A stretch of 27,882 nucleotides of DNA from Candidatus Hydrothermarchaeota archaeon (GCA_038046745.1 JBBSVP010000234.1:1-27882), one strand, 5' to 3'; positions 17,592 through 27,083 are shown, numbered from the stretch's first letter. Notes: generated by a model from the sequence alone, not told the origin. Translations and numbers: made by a program.

Positions 17592-18206
17592 CTATCCCTC
17601 GAAGAGGATCTTGGAGACCGCCGGCCTCAGGTCGTCCCGCAACCGTGCCAGACGGTTCTCGAAGGTGTTGTTCACCTCCACCCCCCCATCCTCCGTCTTG
17701 ACGATCACCCCGCCGGCCGCGTTTATCGTCTCGTTGGAGAGCGTCAGATTGGCCCCCGACTCCTTGGCAACGGCCGGCAGGACCTCCTTCAGATGCTTCG
17801 CATCCTCCTTCCGCCCCATGACCACCAGACTACCGCTCCCCAGGGAAGCAACGGCCTCCTGGAGGAGGTTCTTCAGCACCGCCTGGTATTCCTTCCCTGA
17901 GGTGGCCGCTTTGAGCTTCTCCTCGGCCAGGCTGAAGGCCTCTTTTATCACCTCTTCCTTGGCATCGAGCTTCGCCTTCCGCTCCCGCAGCTTTGCGTTG
18001 GCCAGGATCCGCTGCCTCTCCTGCTCCGCCTCCCTCTCCCCCCGTCCCACGATCCCGGACCTTGTCTCCGCCGCCTTGTCATCGGCCTCGGATATTATGG
18101 CCCTAGCTTTGCCCTCCGCCTCCCTTGTAAGGGCCTTAGCCTTGACCTCCGTATCCTCCTCTATCCTGTGGATTATCTTCTCCACCTTGGAGTCCACTTC
18201 TCCCAT
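17592..18206 (-). CDS. atpE: A-type ATP synthase subunit E (peripheral stalk)
   Basis: Charged N-terminal coiled coil, then GGVIVKTEDGGVEVNNTFENRL. Confidence 0.92.
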   Translation of the reverse strand: MGEVDSKVEKIIHRIEEDTEVKAKALTREAEGKARAIISEADDKAAETRSGIVGRGEREAEQERQRILANAKLRERKAKLDAKEEVIKEAFSLAEEKLKAATSGKEYQAVLKNLLQEAVASLGSGSLVVMGRKEDAKHLKEVLPAVAKESGANLTLSNETINAAGGVIVKTEDGGVEVNNTFENRLARLRDDLRPAVSKILFEG

Positions 18207-18228
18207 GCCTGCGCCTCCTGCGGAGTGA

Positions 18229-18543
18229 TCACTTACCCAGGACCGATTTGGCGATGTAATCTGCCGCCCGGTCCGTCTTCTTCCTTGCCTTCTCTTTTAT
18301 CTTCCTCCCCTCTGCCTCTCCCGCTTTAAGGGTCGCGGCAGCCTCCTCCTCTCCCGCCCTCCTAGCCTTCGCAAGGAGCCCTTCTACCTCGTCGCGGGCC
18401 TCCCTCTCGGACCTCTCCTGGAGCTCAGAGGCCTTCCGCTTGGCTCCGTCCACGAGGCGCTCGGCCTCCAGCTGGGCCTTCTTGAAATCCTCCTCCGCCC
18501 CCCTCTCGGCCTTCTTTATAGTGAGCAGGGCTTCAATGACCAT
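18229..18543 (-). CDS. atpH: A-type ATP synthase subunit H (G-like peripheral stalk)
   Basis: 104 aa, Ala/Glu/Lys-rich helix (IKKAERGAEE...), first gene after the operon promoter. Confidence 0.8.
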   Translation of the reverse strand: MVIEALLTIKKAERGAEEDFKKAQLEAERLVDGAKRKASELQERSEREARDEVEGLLAKARRAGEEEAAATLKAGEAEGRKIKEKARKKTDRAADYIAKSVLGK

Positions 18544-18575
18544 GGAACCACCGTTAGTGCATGAATAACAAGGGC

Positions 18576-18589
18576 TTATAAACTTTTCG
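18576..18589 (-). promoter_or_regulatory. BRE/TATA promoter of the atp operon
   Basis: The minus strand reads CGAAAAG-TTTATAA about 33 nt upstream of the atpH ATG. Confidence 0.7.
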
Positions 18590-18592
18590 TAA

Positions 18593-20041
18593 TCACTCCA
18601 CGAGGTACTGGACCATCCTGGCGTAGGCCGGGCGGGCGATGAAGACCCCCGATGTGGCGCCTATGATGGTGGTGAAAGCGAAGCCCTTGAGGGACGCCAG
18701 GCCCACGATGAAGAGGGGGATCATGGCTGCCACGATGCACATCCAGGAGGACATGACGATGAAGAAGGCGGACTCGATCTTCTTCCTGATGGAGCGCTCC
18801 TTCTCCAACAGTATCTCGTCTATGATCACGATCTGGTTGTCCACCCCCGTGCCCAGGGCAGCTATGATCCCTGCGATGGCCGGGAGATCTATGTTCCAGT
18901 TGATGAGGGAGGCAAAGCCCAGGATGATGACGATCTCGCTGAAGCCTGTGATGAGGATCGGCAGGACGACCCGCGGCTCCCGGTATCTGAGGAAGATCAC
19001 CAGGGTGACCCCTAGGAAGGCAAGGATGCCTGCCAGGATGGCGTTCCTGGCGAAGCCCTCCCCCAGGGTTGCCGAGATCCCGTAGCTGCCCACCACGTTC
19101 ACCTTTATGGGGAGGGCCCCTGACCGGAGGATGACCTCCACCCTCTTGGCCTCCTCCCTATCCTTCTCGTCCCTACCGAGCTCCAGGACCAGGGCCTTGA
19201 CGACCTGCCCCCTGATGAGCTCCTCCCTCAGGCTGTCGCCTATGGGGGCACTGTTCACCAGCCCCGAGCGCTCGAATGCCACCTCCCTGATCCCGGCCCC
19301 CGTGCTATTCAGGGCCTCAGCGATCCTCCTCTTGCCATCCTCACCCAGGTCCTCCAGGGTCTGGTCGAGGTTTATCTCTGTCGTGACCCCCGTCAGCCCC
19401 TTTGTGGCATTGACCTTCCCCTTATAGCCCGCCCTCTCCAGGACCCCCTCCACCCCTTCCAGGGGCCTCTCGGAGTTGACCTTCACCCTCGTCCCCTCGT
19501 CCAGGTACATGTTCACCCTGTCGAAGTCCGTGGCCTTCGCCACGTCCCTAAATCTCTCGGCCGCCCCCTCGGTGAGGGTGAAGGGGACCTCCCAGCTGCC
19601 TGTAGAGGGTTCCTTCCGGAAGCTCTCCACCCTGGTCAGCTCGTCCCCGGTGAAGGCGGTGGTATTCCCTATCCTCACCACGAGCTGCCCCGGCTTCCCT
19701 ATCACCTTCTCGGCCTCCTCGGGAGTTATGCCGGCGATCTCCACGATGACGAACTCGTTCCCCCATCCCCGGACCCTTATGTCCCTGACGGCGAAGACCC
19801 CCCTCAGCCGCTCGTCCATGATCCTGGTGACCTGTTCCATCTCGCCGGGGGTGAGTGGCCTCTCTGCCTGGATCTGGATTATGGAACCCCCCTGGAGGTC
19901 GAGGCCCGTGGAGATCCCCTTGAAGGCGATCAGTACTAGGGAGACGAGGACGAAGCCCAGGAGGAGCTTTATCCGCCCATCCTCCAACATCCTCTCGGGC
20001 CGCGCCTTGGCCGCCTTGGTCCCCTTCTCCTTCTTGGCCAT
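18593..20041 (-). CDS. secD: Protein translocase subunit SecD (archaeal)
   Basis: GLDLQGGS, ILRSGALP, ISATLG, AGIIAALGTGVDNQIVI; one N-terminal and five C-terminal hydrophobic segments. Confidence 0.92.
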   Translation of the reverse strand: MAKKEKGTKAAKARPERMLEDGRIKLLLGFVLVSLVLIAFKGISTGLDLQGGSIIQIQAERPLTPGEMEQVTRIMDERLRGVFAVRDIRVRGWGNEFVIVEIAGITPEEAEKVIGKPGQLVVRIGNTTAFTGDELTRVESFRKEPSTGSWEVPFTLTEGAAERFRDVAKATDFDRVNMYLDEGTRVKVNSERPLEGVEGVLERAGYKGKVNATKGLTGVTTEINLDQTLEDLGEDGKRRIAEALNSTGAGIREVAFERSGLVNSAPIGDSLREELIRGQVVKALVLELGRDEKDREEAKRVEVILRSGALPIKVNVVGSYGISATLGEGFARNAILAGILAFLGVTLVIFLRYREPRVVLPILITGFSEIVIILGFASLINWNIDLPAIAGIIAALGTGVDNQIVIIDEILLEKERSIRKKIESAFFIVMSSWMCIVAAMIPLFIVGLASLKGFAFTTIIGATSGVFIARPAYARMVQYLVE

Positions 20042-20893
20042 CTAAGCCCTCTCCAGGTACATCTGCAGGATCCCGGCGTTCTGGATCCAGGTGTTGATGG
20101 CGTCTGCCACCATCCCTATGAGGATGACGGAGGCGATCTCCTTGAGGATGGAGGAGGTGGAGACCAGGAAGAGGATCCCCACGGCCACGATGGTCGTGGA
20201 GTTCATCGTGAGGCCCGTCTTCATGGCGCTCAGGACCTTCTCGTTTATATTGCCCCCTTTCTTCGCCAGGAGGCGGGTGGTGAGGAGGATATCCGTGTCC
20301 ACGGAGTAACCTATGAGGAGGAGGAGGGCGACGAGGGAGCCCGAGGATAGCTCCAAGCCCAGGAGAATCATCACTGCCAGGGTGGTGGTGATATCAGAGA
20401 AGGCCGAGAGGACGACGGCGAAGGAGGGGACGAGGGTCTTGAACCTGAAGAATATGACGACGGCCATGAAGAGGAAGGCGAAGAGGACCGCCTTGACCGC
20501 CTGCTCCAGGAAGGCCTTGGATAGGGAGGGGCCCACAGACCGGAGGCTTATGCCTTCGGCCTTGATCCCCCTGCCGAGGAGGAAGTTCTTCACCTCCTCG
20601 CTCTCTTCCCCCTTCAGGAACTTGTCTATCTGAATGTTGGCCCCTGTGGTCTCCCCCGAGAGGTCCTTTATGGCCGTGACCTGGACCCCGAAGCCGAAGC
20701 GCTCCTTCAGGTCCCGCTCCATCGCGGGGCCTTCCTGGACGCCGTAAGCCGTTATGAGGGTGCCGCCCTTCATCTCGACGCTCATGGGTATGGTCCCGGC
20801 ACGGTAGTGGACCCCGATGACCAGGATGGAGGCCAGGAGCATGAGGACCGGGAGGATCATAAGATTTTTTAGGTTCAGTTGAGAAAGGTCCAT
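20042..20893 (-). CDS. secF: Protein translocase subunit SecF (archaeal)
   Basis: EMKGGT, SVGPSLS, IGYSVDTDILLTTR, NTWIQNAGIL. Confidence 0.92.
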   Translation of the reverse strand: MDLSQLNLKNLMILPVLMLLASILVIGVHYRAGTIPMSVEMKGGTLITAYGVQEGPAMERDLKERFGFGVQVTAIKDLSGETTGANIQIDKFLKGEESEEVKNFLLGRGIKAEGISLRSVGPSLSKAFLEQAVKAVLFAFLFMAVVIFFRFKTLVPSFAVVLSAFSDITTTLAVMILLGLELSSGSLVALLLLIGYSVDTDILLTTRLLAKKGGNINEKVLSAMKTGLTMNSTTIVAVGILFLVSTSSILKEIASVILIGMVADAINTWIQNAGILQMYLERA

Positions 20894-20928
20894 TGGGTCA
20901 CCGGGCCATGGAAAGGTGTGAAGGCTGG

Positions 20929-20941
20929 ATATAAATCCTTT
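20929..20941 (-). promoter_or_regulatory. BRE/TATA promoter for secF-secD
   Basis: The minus strand reads AAAGGA-TTTATAT about 36 nt upstream of the secF ATG. Confidence 0.6.
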
Positions 20942-20962
20942 GGGGTAAAGGTGGGCGAGGCC

Positions 20963-23900
20963 CTAGCCCAGGAAGTCCGCCAACGAGACCTGCTTGGCCC
21001 CGTCGTTCTCGAAGACTGAGCTGATGGACATCTCCAGGATCCTTATGCGCTGCTTCAGGTAGTCGTCCAGCCGGTACCGCTCAATCATCCCCTTGGTGAC
21101 CTCCAGGTACTTGGCCACGGCGCCCCTCGATACCGTCAGGACGAGCTTCCCGTTGCACCGCCGACATTTACCAGTCAGGGGCACCCGGCGGTACTTGGCG
21201 TTGCAGTCCACGCACCGGATCTTCTGCTTGGAGAAGGTCCTCAGGTTCCCGGCCAGGTCCGGCAGGAGGTGGCCCTCGATGACCCGCTTCGCCACGTCCC
21301 GCTCGTCCACGGCCCTTATCTTGGCGGCCAGGTCGAGCTGGTGTTGGACCTTCTCGGTCATGGCCCCCAGGGTCTTGTAGGCGCTGATTGTGGGGCCCAT
21401 GGCAATGTCGGTGGTGCTGTGAGTGAACCGGAAGCCGTAGTACTGCTCGGGCTTACCTATCCTCTCGCCGATGGTCTCGATGAGCCCCGCCACCTCCTGG
21501 GGCTTGGCGTACCGCAGGGTAGCCTCGTAGAAGGCCAGAGGATATTCTTCCACGATGTCCATGTTGTGGGCCTCGTCGTCCACCTCCCTGGGATCGAGGC
21601 GGATGGTAAGGACTAGGGGCGCGTCCATCTTCCCACCCCGGCTGCTGGGGAGGTAGGCCCTGGAGAAGTTGAGGAGGGCGTCCATGAGGAGGAAGATGGA
21701 GTCCTCGTCCCCGTCGCAGTTCCTGCGCTTGGCGGCGTGGAAGTAGGGATGGGCATACCCGACGCTCGCCCCGGTGAAGCCCACGATCCGCCCCAGGATG
21801 GCGGCGGAGGTATGGGGCGCCAGGCCCAGGACCAGGTGCCCCAGAAGGTCCTCCCTCTTCTCGGCCCTATAGTAGGGCTCCTGCCCGTAGACCTTGGCCA
21901 GGAGCTCATCGACGAACTTGGAGACCCTGAGGAGGTACCCGGCCCCCTCCGTGGGGAGGAGGATGTCCTGGCACTTCAGCTCCACCACCTGGTCCTCCGA
22001 TGTGAGGGGCACGCCCTTATAGTCCCTATCGTAGCCCAGGGCCCGGAGCCGCTCCACGGCCACGCCTATCTCCCCGGGCTTGAAGTGGGTGAGGGGGACG
22101 TCCGTGGCGTCGAACCTGGCGGTACCGTCCTTGAAGACGTAGACCTCGTGCTTCGAGCGGAGGATGCCCTTCTCCAGGGCCTCTGGGATCTTCGGGGCCG
22201 ACGTCATCCCGATGACGCCCTTCAGATCCTTGGGGGTGTCGCCGACGGCGTATATGGCGCCCTCCAGGGCCTCCCGCACGTCCAGCTCCCGCTTCTCGAA
22301 GTAGTTGGCGGGGGAGCCGCAGGCCCGGCAGCTCTCCTCCTCGGAGGGATGGCCAGAGGTGCAGACCCTCTTCAGCTTGGTCTCTCTACCGCACCGGGGG
22401 CAGAGGGTCTTGTAGGTCACCTCCTTGCAGGAGGCGCACTCCCTCCTGGCCACCTCGACCTCGACCTTCCCCTTCTTGGCGGCCGCCTTCTTCACGTCCC
22501 GCGTGCGCCCCCCTGCCTGGCCCACTGGGAAGAGGACGTTCACGGCGGGCTGCATCCTCCGCTCCCGGGCCTTCTCTGGGCGGCCCATACGGGCCCCTAT
22601 ATATGTCCTGGCCTTATCCCTCACCTTGAGGCCGAAGGAGTTGACCAGCTCCATGCTGCTGGTGCACCTATCGTAGGCGGCCAGGAAGCGCTCTGGGGAG
22701 AGGCCCTCGTCCATCCCAAGGGAGCGGAGGAGGGGCTTGTACTCCCCCACCTGTATCCTGTTCCCAGCCACCCTGTGGGGCACCCCCAGCGTTTCCAAGA
22801 TTTCTTTCTCCTCGGCCTTTTGGATGGCCAGCGCCCTCTCCTCTATGGTGCCCTTGGAGAGCCACTCGACCAGCCGCCGCAGGTCCTCCTTCGGCACCAG
22901 GTTGTATAGATACGTATACCGAGGATGGAGGGGCACGCCCAGGGCGTCGGAGATGGCCAGGGCCTCCTCTGGGCTCGGGCGGTCTGGGATGGTCATCCCT
23001 GACCGGCCTTCGAGGGCCGCCCTCACCTCCTGGGCCCACCACTCCTCCACGTAGCCCGAGGGCATCAGGACGTGGTTGTTCTCCAGGAAGTCCCCATAGT
23101 TGACCAGAATATCCCCCAAGGCGAGAATCTCCTTGACGCTCCCTTTGATCCTCTCCGCCTCCTCCAGGTTCTCGACCCTCACCACGCTCCCGTCCACCAG
23201 CTTGACCAAAGGGCCTTCGATGGCGTCGCAGGGGGTCACGGCAGAGGCCTTCCCCGGCCTCTCGGTCTTTATCTGGGTCCCGGTGACTATGAAGCCATCC
23301 AGTAGAATCATGGTGGCGGGGTGGAGGGATGTGGATGCGAAGCCCGAGTTCCTCGCCCGACCGTACCTCAGCCGCAGCCCTCCCGGGCGGGAGGGGTATG
23401 CCAGGATGGGCCTCCCGGCTATGATGTCCTTGATGAACTTGTAGTTGGGCTTCACCTCCTGGCTGCTCTCCTCCCCCTCCTTCTTGGCGGTGGCGAAAGC
23501 CGAGAGCCACTCCCACCCGTCGAGACCGAGCATGGTGACGTACTTCAGGACCTTGGGGGCCTTCTGGAGGACCCCCTCCGCCAGGACAAGAACGGCTCCG
23601 CCCCGTAGCTGATTGGTCTCCACCCTCTCCAGGTCCCTGTAGCCCGAGACCTCCACCTGGTCTGTGGCCTCGCCCGTCACCTCCACCGGGATGTTCTTGA
23701 CAGCCGTCCTGATGTCCTCGGCCGGGGGATGGTACTGAAGGCGGGCGGCCTCGCTGTTGTAGAGCTCCGTCTCCTCCGCGAACCGCTCCACCTCGTCGGG
23801 GGTGGGCTTGTAGCGGTCCATACCCAGGGCCCGCCTCACATAGTCCCCCGTCAGGACGGCCAGAGCCTGGGCAGTGCCGCCAGCGGACCGGATAGGTCCG

Positions 23901-24307
23901 GCGAAGTATATGGCCAGGTACCGGGTCCCGTCAGAGTTCTTCTTGACCTTCACCTTCACGATCCCCTCCAGAGGAGCGGCCACCACCCCCTCGGTGAGGA
24001 TCGCAAGGGAGGTCCTCAGGGCCTGCTCCGCTGCTGCCTCGTGGGTCGCGAAGGAGCCGAAGCGCCCTTCCACGATCTCCTTGGCCACGGCGACGGCCAC
24101 CTCTTCCTTGGCCTGGTCTAAGCTCAGCTCCTTTATCCTGCCGGCTACGCCGGGGGGCCCCACCAGGCTCTCGACACGCTCCGCGAGCCCCTTGGCCAGT
24201 GGTATCTCAGGCCTCGTCTCGGGGTCTATGCCCTTCTTCCTGGCCTCTTGGGCTACGGCGTAGGCTTTCTTCACCCCATCTTCCAGGGCCGCGAAGTACT
24301 CTTCCAC
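20963..24307 (-). CDS. polC: DNA polymerase D large subunit DP2
   Basis: YFAGPIRSAGGT, RLRYGR, IGARMGRPEKA, Zn-finger cysteines, catalytic HAAKRRNCDGDED and C-terminal PIP-box-like KQVSLADF; 1114 aa, no intein. Confidence 0.97.
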   Translation of the reverse strand: MEEYFAALEDGVKKAYAVAQEARKKGIDPETRPEIPLAKGLAERVESLVGPPGVAGRIKELSLDQAKEEVAVAVAKEIVEGRFGSFATHEAAAEQALRTSLAILTEGVVAAPLEGIVKVKVKKNSDGTRYLAIYFAGPIRSAGGTAQALAVLTGDYVRRALGMDRYKPTPDEVERFAEETELYNSEAARLQYHPPAEDIRTAVKNIPVEVTGEATDQVEVSGYRDLERVETNQLRGGAVLVLAEGVLQKAPKVLKYVTMLGLDGWEWLSAFATAKKEGEESSQEVKPNYKFIKDIIAGRPILAYPSRPGGLRLRYGRARNSGFASTSLHPATMILLDGFIVTGTQIKTERPGKASAVTPCDAIEGPLVKLVDGSVVRVENLEEAERIKGSVKEILALGDILVNYGDFLENNHVLMPSGYVEEWWAQEVRAALEGRSGMTIPDRPSPEEALAISDALGVPLHPRYTYLYNLVPKEDLRRLVEWLSKGTIEERALAIQKAEEKEILETLGVPHRVAGNRIQVGEYKPLLRSLGMDEGLSPERFLAAYDRCTSSMELVNSFGLKVRDKARTYIGARMGRPEKARERRMQPAVNVLFPVGQAGGRTRDVKKAAAKKGKVEVEVARRECASCKEVTYKTLCPRCGRETKLKRVCTSGHPSEEESCRACGSPANYFEKRELDVREALEGAIYAVGDTPKDLKGVIGMTSAPKIPEALEKGILRSKHEVYVFKDGTARFDATDVPLTHFKPGEIGVAVERLRALGYDRDYKGVPLTSEDQVVELKCQDILLPTEGAGYLLRVSKFVDELLAKVYGQEPYYRAEKREDLLGHLVLGLAPHTSAAILGRIVGFTGASVGYAHPYFHAAKRRNCDGDEDSIFLLMDALLNFSRAYLPSSRGGKMDAPLVLTIRLDPREVDDEAHNMDIVEEYPLAFYEATLRYAKPQEVAGLIETIGERIGKPEQYYGFRFTHSTTDIAMGPTISAYKTLGAMTEKVQHQLDLAAKIRAVDERDVAKRVIEGHLLPDLAGNLRTFSKQKIRCVDCNAKYRRVPLTGKCRRCNGKLVLTVSRGAVAKYLEVTKGMIERYRLDDYLKQRIRILEMSISSVFENDGAKQVSLADFLG

Positions 24308-25795
24308 CTAGGCCTCCAGGAAGTTCATGATGGTGATGTTGTGGTTGCTCAGGTCCAGGACGGGGACCTTGGAAGGGGTTGGCCTGAGGCCCTGCTTCCG
24401 CTGGTATTCGGTCTCGGACTGGAAGGTGCCGGAGTTGACCAGGGTGACGCCCTTATACTTGGATACGCCCACGGTGTGGATGTGGCCAGTGTGGAAGATG
24501 TCTGGCACCCTGTCTATGGTGAGGTAGTCGAGACCCTCGGGCACCAGCTGGGTCTTCCCGCCGTAGGTTGGGGCGAGGTGCCTGGCGCGGAGGAGGACCT
24601 CCATGGCTCCTTGCGGATTCTCCATGCTCGTGCCCGGTACGGTGCTTGTAACGTCCAAGAGGCTCGTCCCGTGGTAGACCAGGGCCTCGACGCCGTGAAG
24701 CTCGAAGGCGCTCGGGTTCCCAACCATGTGGATCCTATCGCTGGCGTAGAGGGCCGGGGCGAACTCCTCTGGGATGGCGGGCTGGGGCTCCCCCAACCTG
24801 GTGGCATCGTGGTTCCCGGGGACGATGACGATCTCCACGTGCTCCGGTAGCGTGGCCAGGAGGTCCGCCGCCCTCTGGTACTGCTGGAAGATGTCCTTTA
24901 TAACCAGGTCGTCCTCCTGCCCGGGATAGATCCCGACCCCCTCCACCAGGTCCCCGGCGATGACCAGGTACTTCACCCTCCCCGCCAGCTCGAGCTGCCT
25001 TTTGGTCCCCAGGTCACCCCCCAACCACCGCAGGAATTTGAGGAAGGACCTATCCAGGAAGTGCTGCGACCCTATGTGGAGGTCTGAGAGCATGGCCACC
25101 GCCAGGGGCACCTCGCACCGCCTGGGCTCCCGTCCCACCGGCAGGTCGGGGAGGAAGACCTCCTTGGCGAGGAGGATGTCGCCCTCACGCCCCATGTTCC
25201 CTTCGACCCCTATCACCCCGTCCTTCATTATCTCGCTGGCGGCCTTCTGGAGCTCCTGGTTGTTGCTCAGGAGGACGACTGGGATGATGCCCGTGGGGTC
25301 CTCCAGCTCCAGGATCGTGTTCCCCTTCTGGCTCTTCCTCGTGTCGGTGACGATGCCCACCACCTTCACACTGCCCCTCGATCCTTTGGCCCTCTCGATG
25401 GTGATGGCGTCCCGGAGATGGTTCCTCTCCCTAAGGACCCTGGCCAGGCGCTCATAGCGGTCGTTAAAGTATTTCACGAAGCCTTCGATGTTCCCCTCGG
25501 AGAAGGAGCGCTTGGTTATGTCCTTGTCGCCCAAGAACCGCACCTCCTCCGGGTACTCTTCTGCCAGGGTCCGCTTCCTGGGCCTCTCCACCACGATGGA
25601 CTTTGGGGCCTCCTTCAAAGAGCTGAGATACTCGGGGGTTATCACCGCGGGCCTGGCACCGGACCTCTCCACGCGGGAGATGAGCTCTTCGATGAACGCC
25701 GCCTCCGCCTGCCTCCTCTTCAGCTCCTGGAGGGCAGTGGGATGGAGGTTGAGATTGGACCTCAGAAACCTGGTGAGGATCTCGTTCTCTTCCAT
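24308..25795 (-). CDS. polB: DNA polymerase D small subunit DP1 (proofreading exonuclease)
   Basis: OB-fold region, then calcineurin-like motifs SDLHIGS, AGDLVEG, PGNHD, YHG, RHLAPTYG and GHIH. Start at ATG 25795; the ORF-track extension to 25912 overlaps cdc6. Confidence 0.94.
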   Translation of the reverse strand: MEENEILTRFLRSNLNLHPTALQELKRRQAEAAFIEELISRVERSGARPAVITPEYLSSLKEAPKSIVVERPRKRTLAEEYPEEVRFLGDKDITKRSFSEGNIEGFVKYFNDRYERLARVLRERNHLRDAITIERAKGSRGSVKVVGIVTDTRKSQKGNTILELEDPTGIIPVVLLSNNQELQKAASEIMKDGVIGVEGNMGREGDILLAKEVFLPDLPVGREPRRCEVPLAVAMLSDLHIGSQHFLDRSFLKFLRWLGGDLGTKRQLELAGRVKYLVIAGDLVEGVGIYPGQEDDLVIKDIFQQYQRAADLLATLPEHVEIVIVPGNHDATRLGEPQPAIPEEFAPALYASDRIHMVGNPSAFELHGVEALVYHGTSLLDVTSTVPGTSMENPQGAMEVLLRARHLAPTYGGKTQLVPEGLDYLTIDRVPDIFHTGHIHTVGVSKYKGVTLVNSGTFQSETEYQRKQGLRPTPSKVPVLDLSNHNITIMNFLEA

Positions 25796-25823
25796 CAAAG
25801 AGAGAGTGCCACCGGTAGTATTT

Positions 25824-27083
25824 CTATCTTTCAGTGGAAGCGCGGGTGAGTTGCATCTGGGGGAGCCTGAAGGCGGAGAGGGCCTTGAGCCTGGGGTCTT
25901 CCTCCAGGACATGCTTCATCCCCGCCGCTGGTACCTCCAGCTTTATCTCCTTCGTCCGCCCATATCGCCCCTTGCTGACGACGCTGGAGTTGAGAATCCC
26001 GAGGATGTCGAGCTCCGATAGGAGGTCCGAGACCCTCCTCTGGGTTAGGACGTCCAGGGAGAGGTTCTTTGAGAGGCGCTTGTAGGTGTCGTAAACCTCC
26101 CCCGTGGTTATGGTCTTCTCTCCCCGTTCCTCGAGGAGGATGATGGAGTAGAGGAGAATCTTGGACTGGGCTGGGAGGGTCCTCACAGCCTCCACGGTGT
26201 TGTCGGCCTCGATCTTCTCGTCGGCCCGCCTCACGTGCTCCTCCTTTATGCGCTCGGCGTTCTCCCTCTCCGCCACCTCGCCGGAGACCCTGAGGAGGTC
26301 CAGCGCCCTGCGGGCGTCGCCGTGCTCCCTCGCCGCCAGGGCCGCACAGAGAGGTATGACCACGTCGTCCAGGACCCCAGGTTTGAAGGCGATCTCAGCC
26401 CTCTGCTTCAGGATGTCCTCCAGCTGTTTGGCGTTGTATGGGGAGAAGACGATCTCTTCCTTCCCCAAGGAGCTCTGGACGCGGGAGTCCAGGTAGCTGG
26501 TGAACTTGAGGTCGTTGGAGATGCCCACGATGCTCACCCGGGCTTCCTTTAGCTCGGCGTTCATCCGCGTAAGGTTATATATTATATTGTCCCCGCCCTT
26601 CCCCACCAGCCGGTCTATCTCGTCGAGGAGGATGATGATGCACTGCCGTTTCTTGTCCACAGCATCGCGGAAGGCGTTGTATACCTTGTCGGTGGGCCAG
26701 CCTGTGAACGGTACGTTCTCTCCGAACTCCTTGGCCAGGGTAGCCAATATCCTGTACTTGGTGTCTGTGACCTCACAGTTGAGGTAGATGGTCTGGACCT
26801 CGTAGAGGTAGTTCTTCTTGGCCACGGCCTCTTTAAGGAGCTCAAAGACGTATCTTGAGACGATGGTCTTCCCTGTCCCGCTCTTCCCGTAGATGAGGAC
26901 GTTGGAGGGGGTGACGCCTTTCAGGGCCGGGGCGATGATGGAGACGAGCTGTTTGAGATCGGCCTCTCCATGGGGGAGTACCGAGGGGGTGTAGGAGTGC
27001 CTCAGGGCCACTTTGTTCTTGAAGATGGGCTCCCTCTCCAGGAACGCTTCAAAGATGCTGCTGAAGGGGCTTTTCAAGTCCAT
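25824..27083 (-). CDS. cdc6: Orc1/Cdc6 replication initiator
   Basis: Walker A GKSGTGKT, Walker B LLDEID, GISND, YNAKQL.DIL, HGDARRALDLL and winged-helix RRVSDLLSELDILG...GRYGRT. Start likely ATG 27083. Confidence 0.96.
   Translation of the reverse strand: MDLKSPFSSIFEAFLEREPIFKNKVALRHSYTPSVLPHGEADLKQLVSIIAPALKGVTPSNVLIYGKSGTGKTIVSRYVFELLKEAVAKKNYLYEVQTIYLNCEVTDTKYRILATLAKEFGENVPFTGWPTDKVYNAFRDAVDKKRQCIIILLDEIDRLVGKGGDNIIYNLTRMNAELKEARVSIVGISNDLKFTSYLDSRVQSSLGKEEIVFSPYNAKQLEDILKQRAEIAFKPGVLDDVVIPLCAALAAREHGDARRALDLLRVSGEVAERENAERIKEEHVRRADEKIEADNTVEAVRTLPAQSKILLYSIILLEERGEKTITTGEVYDTYKRLSKNLSLDVLTQRRVSDLLSELDILGILNSSVVSKGRYGRTKEIKLEVPAAGMKHVLEEDPRLKALSAFRLPQMQLTRASTER

Noticed and set aside
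21700-21745. Possible intein in DP2 at KRRN/CDGDED, and in AtpA at the Walker A motif
   Set aside because: Both sites are contiguous, protein lengths are normal, and no LAGLIDADG or HN/C splice motifs are seen.
20963-27083. cdc6-DP1-DP2 operon beside the origin as a novelty
   Set aside because: This arrangement is well known from Thermococcales; used only as support for the oriC call.
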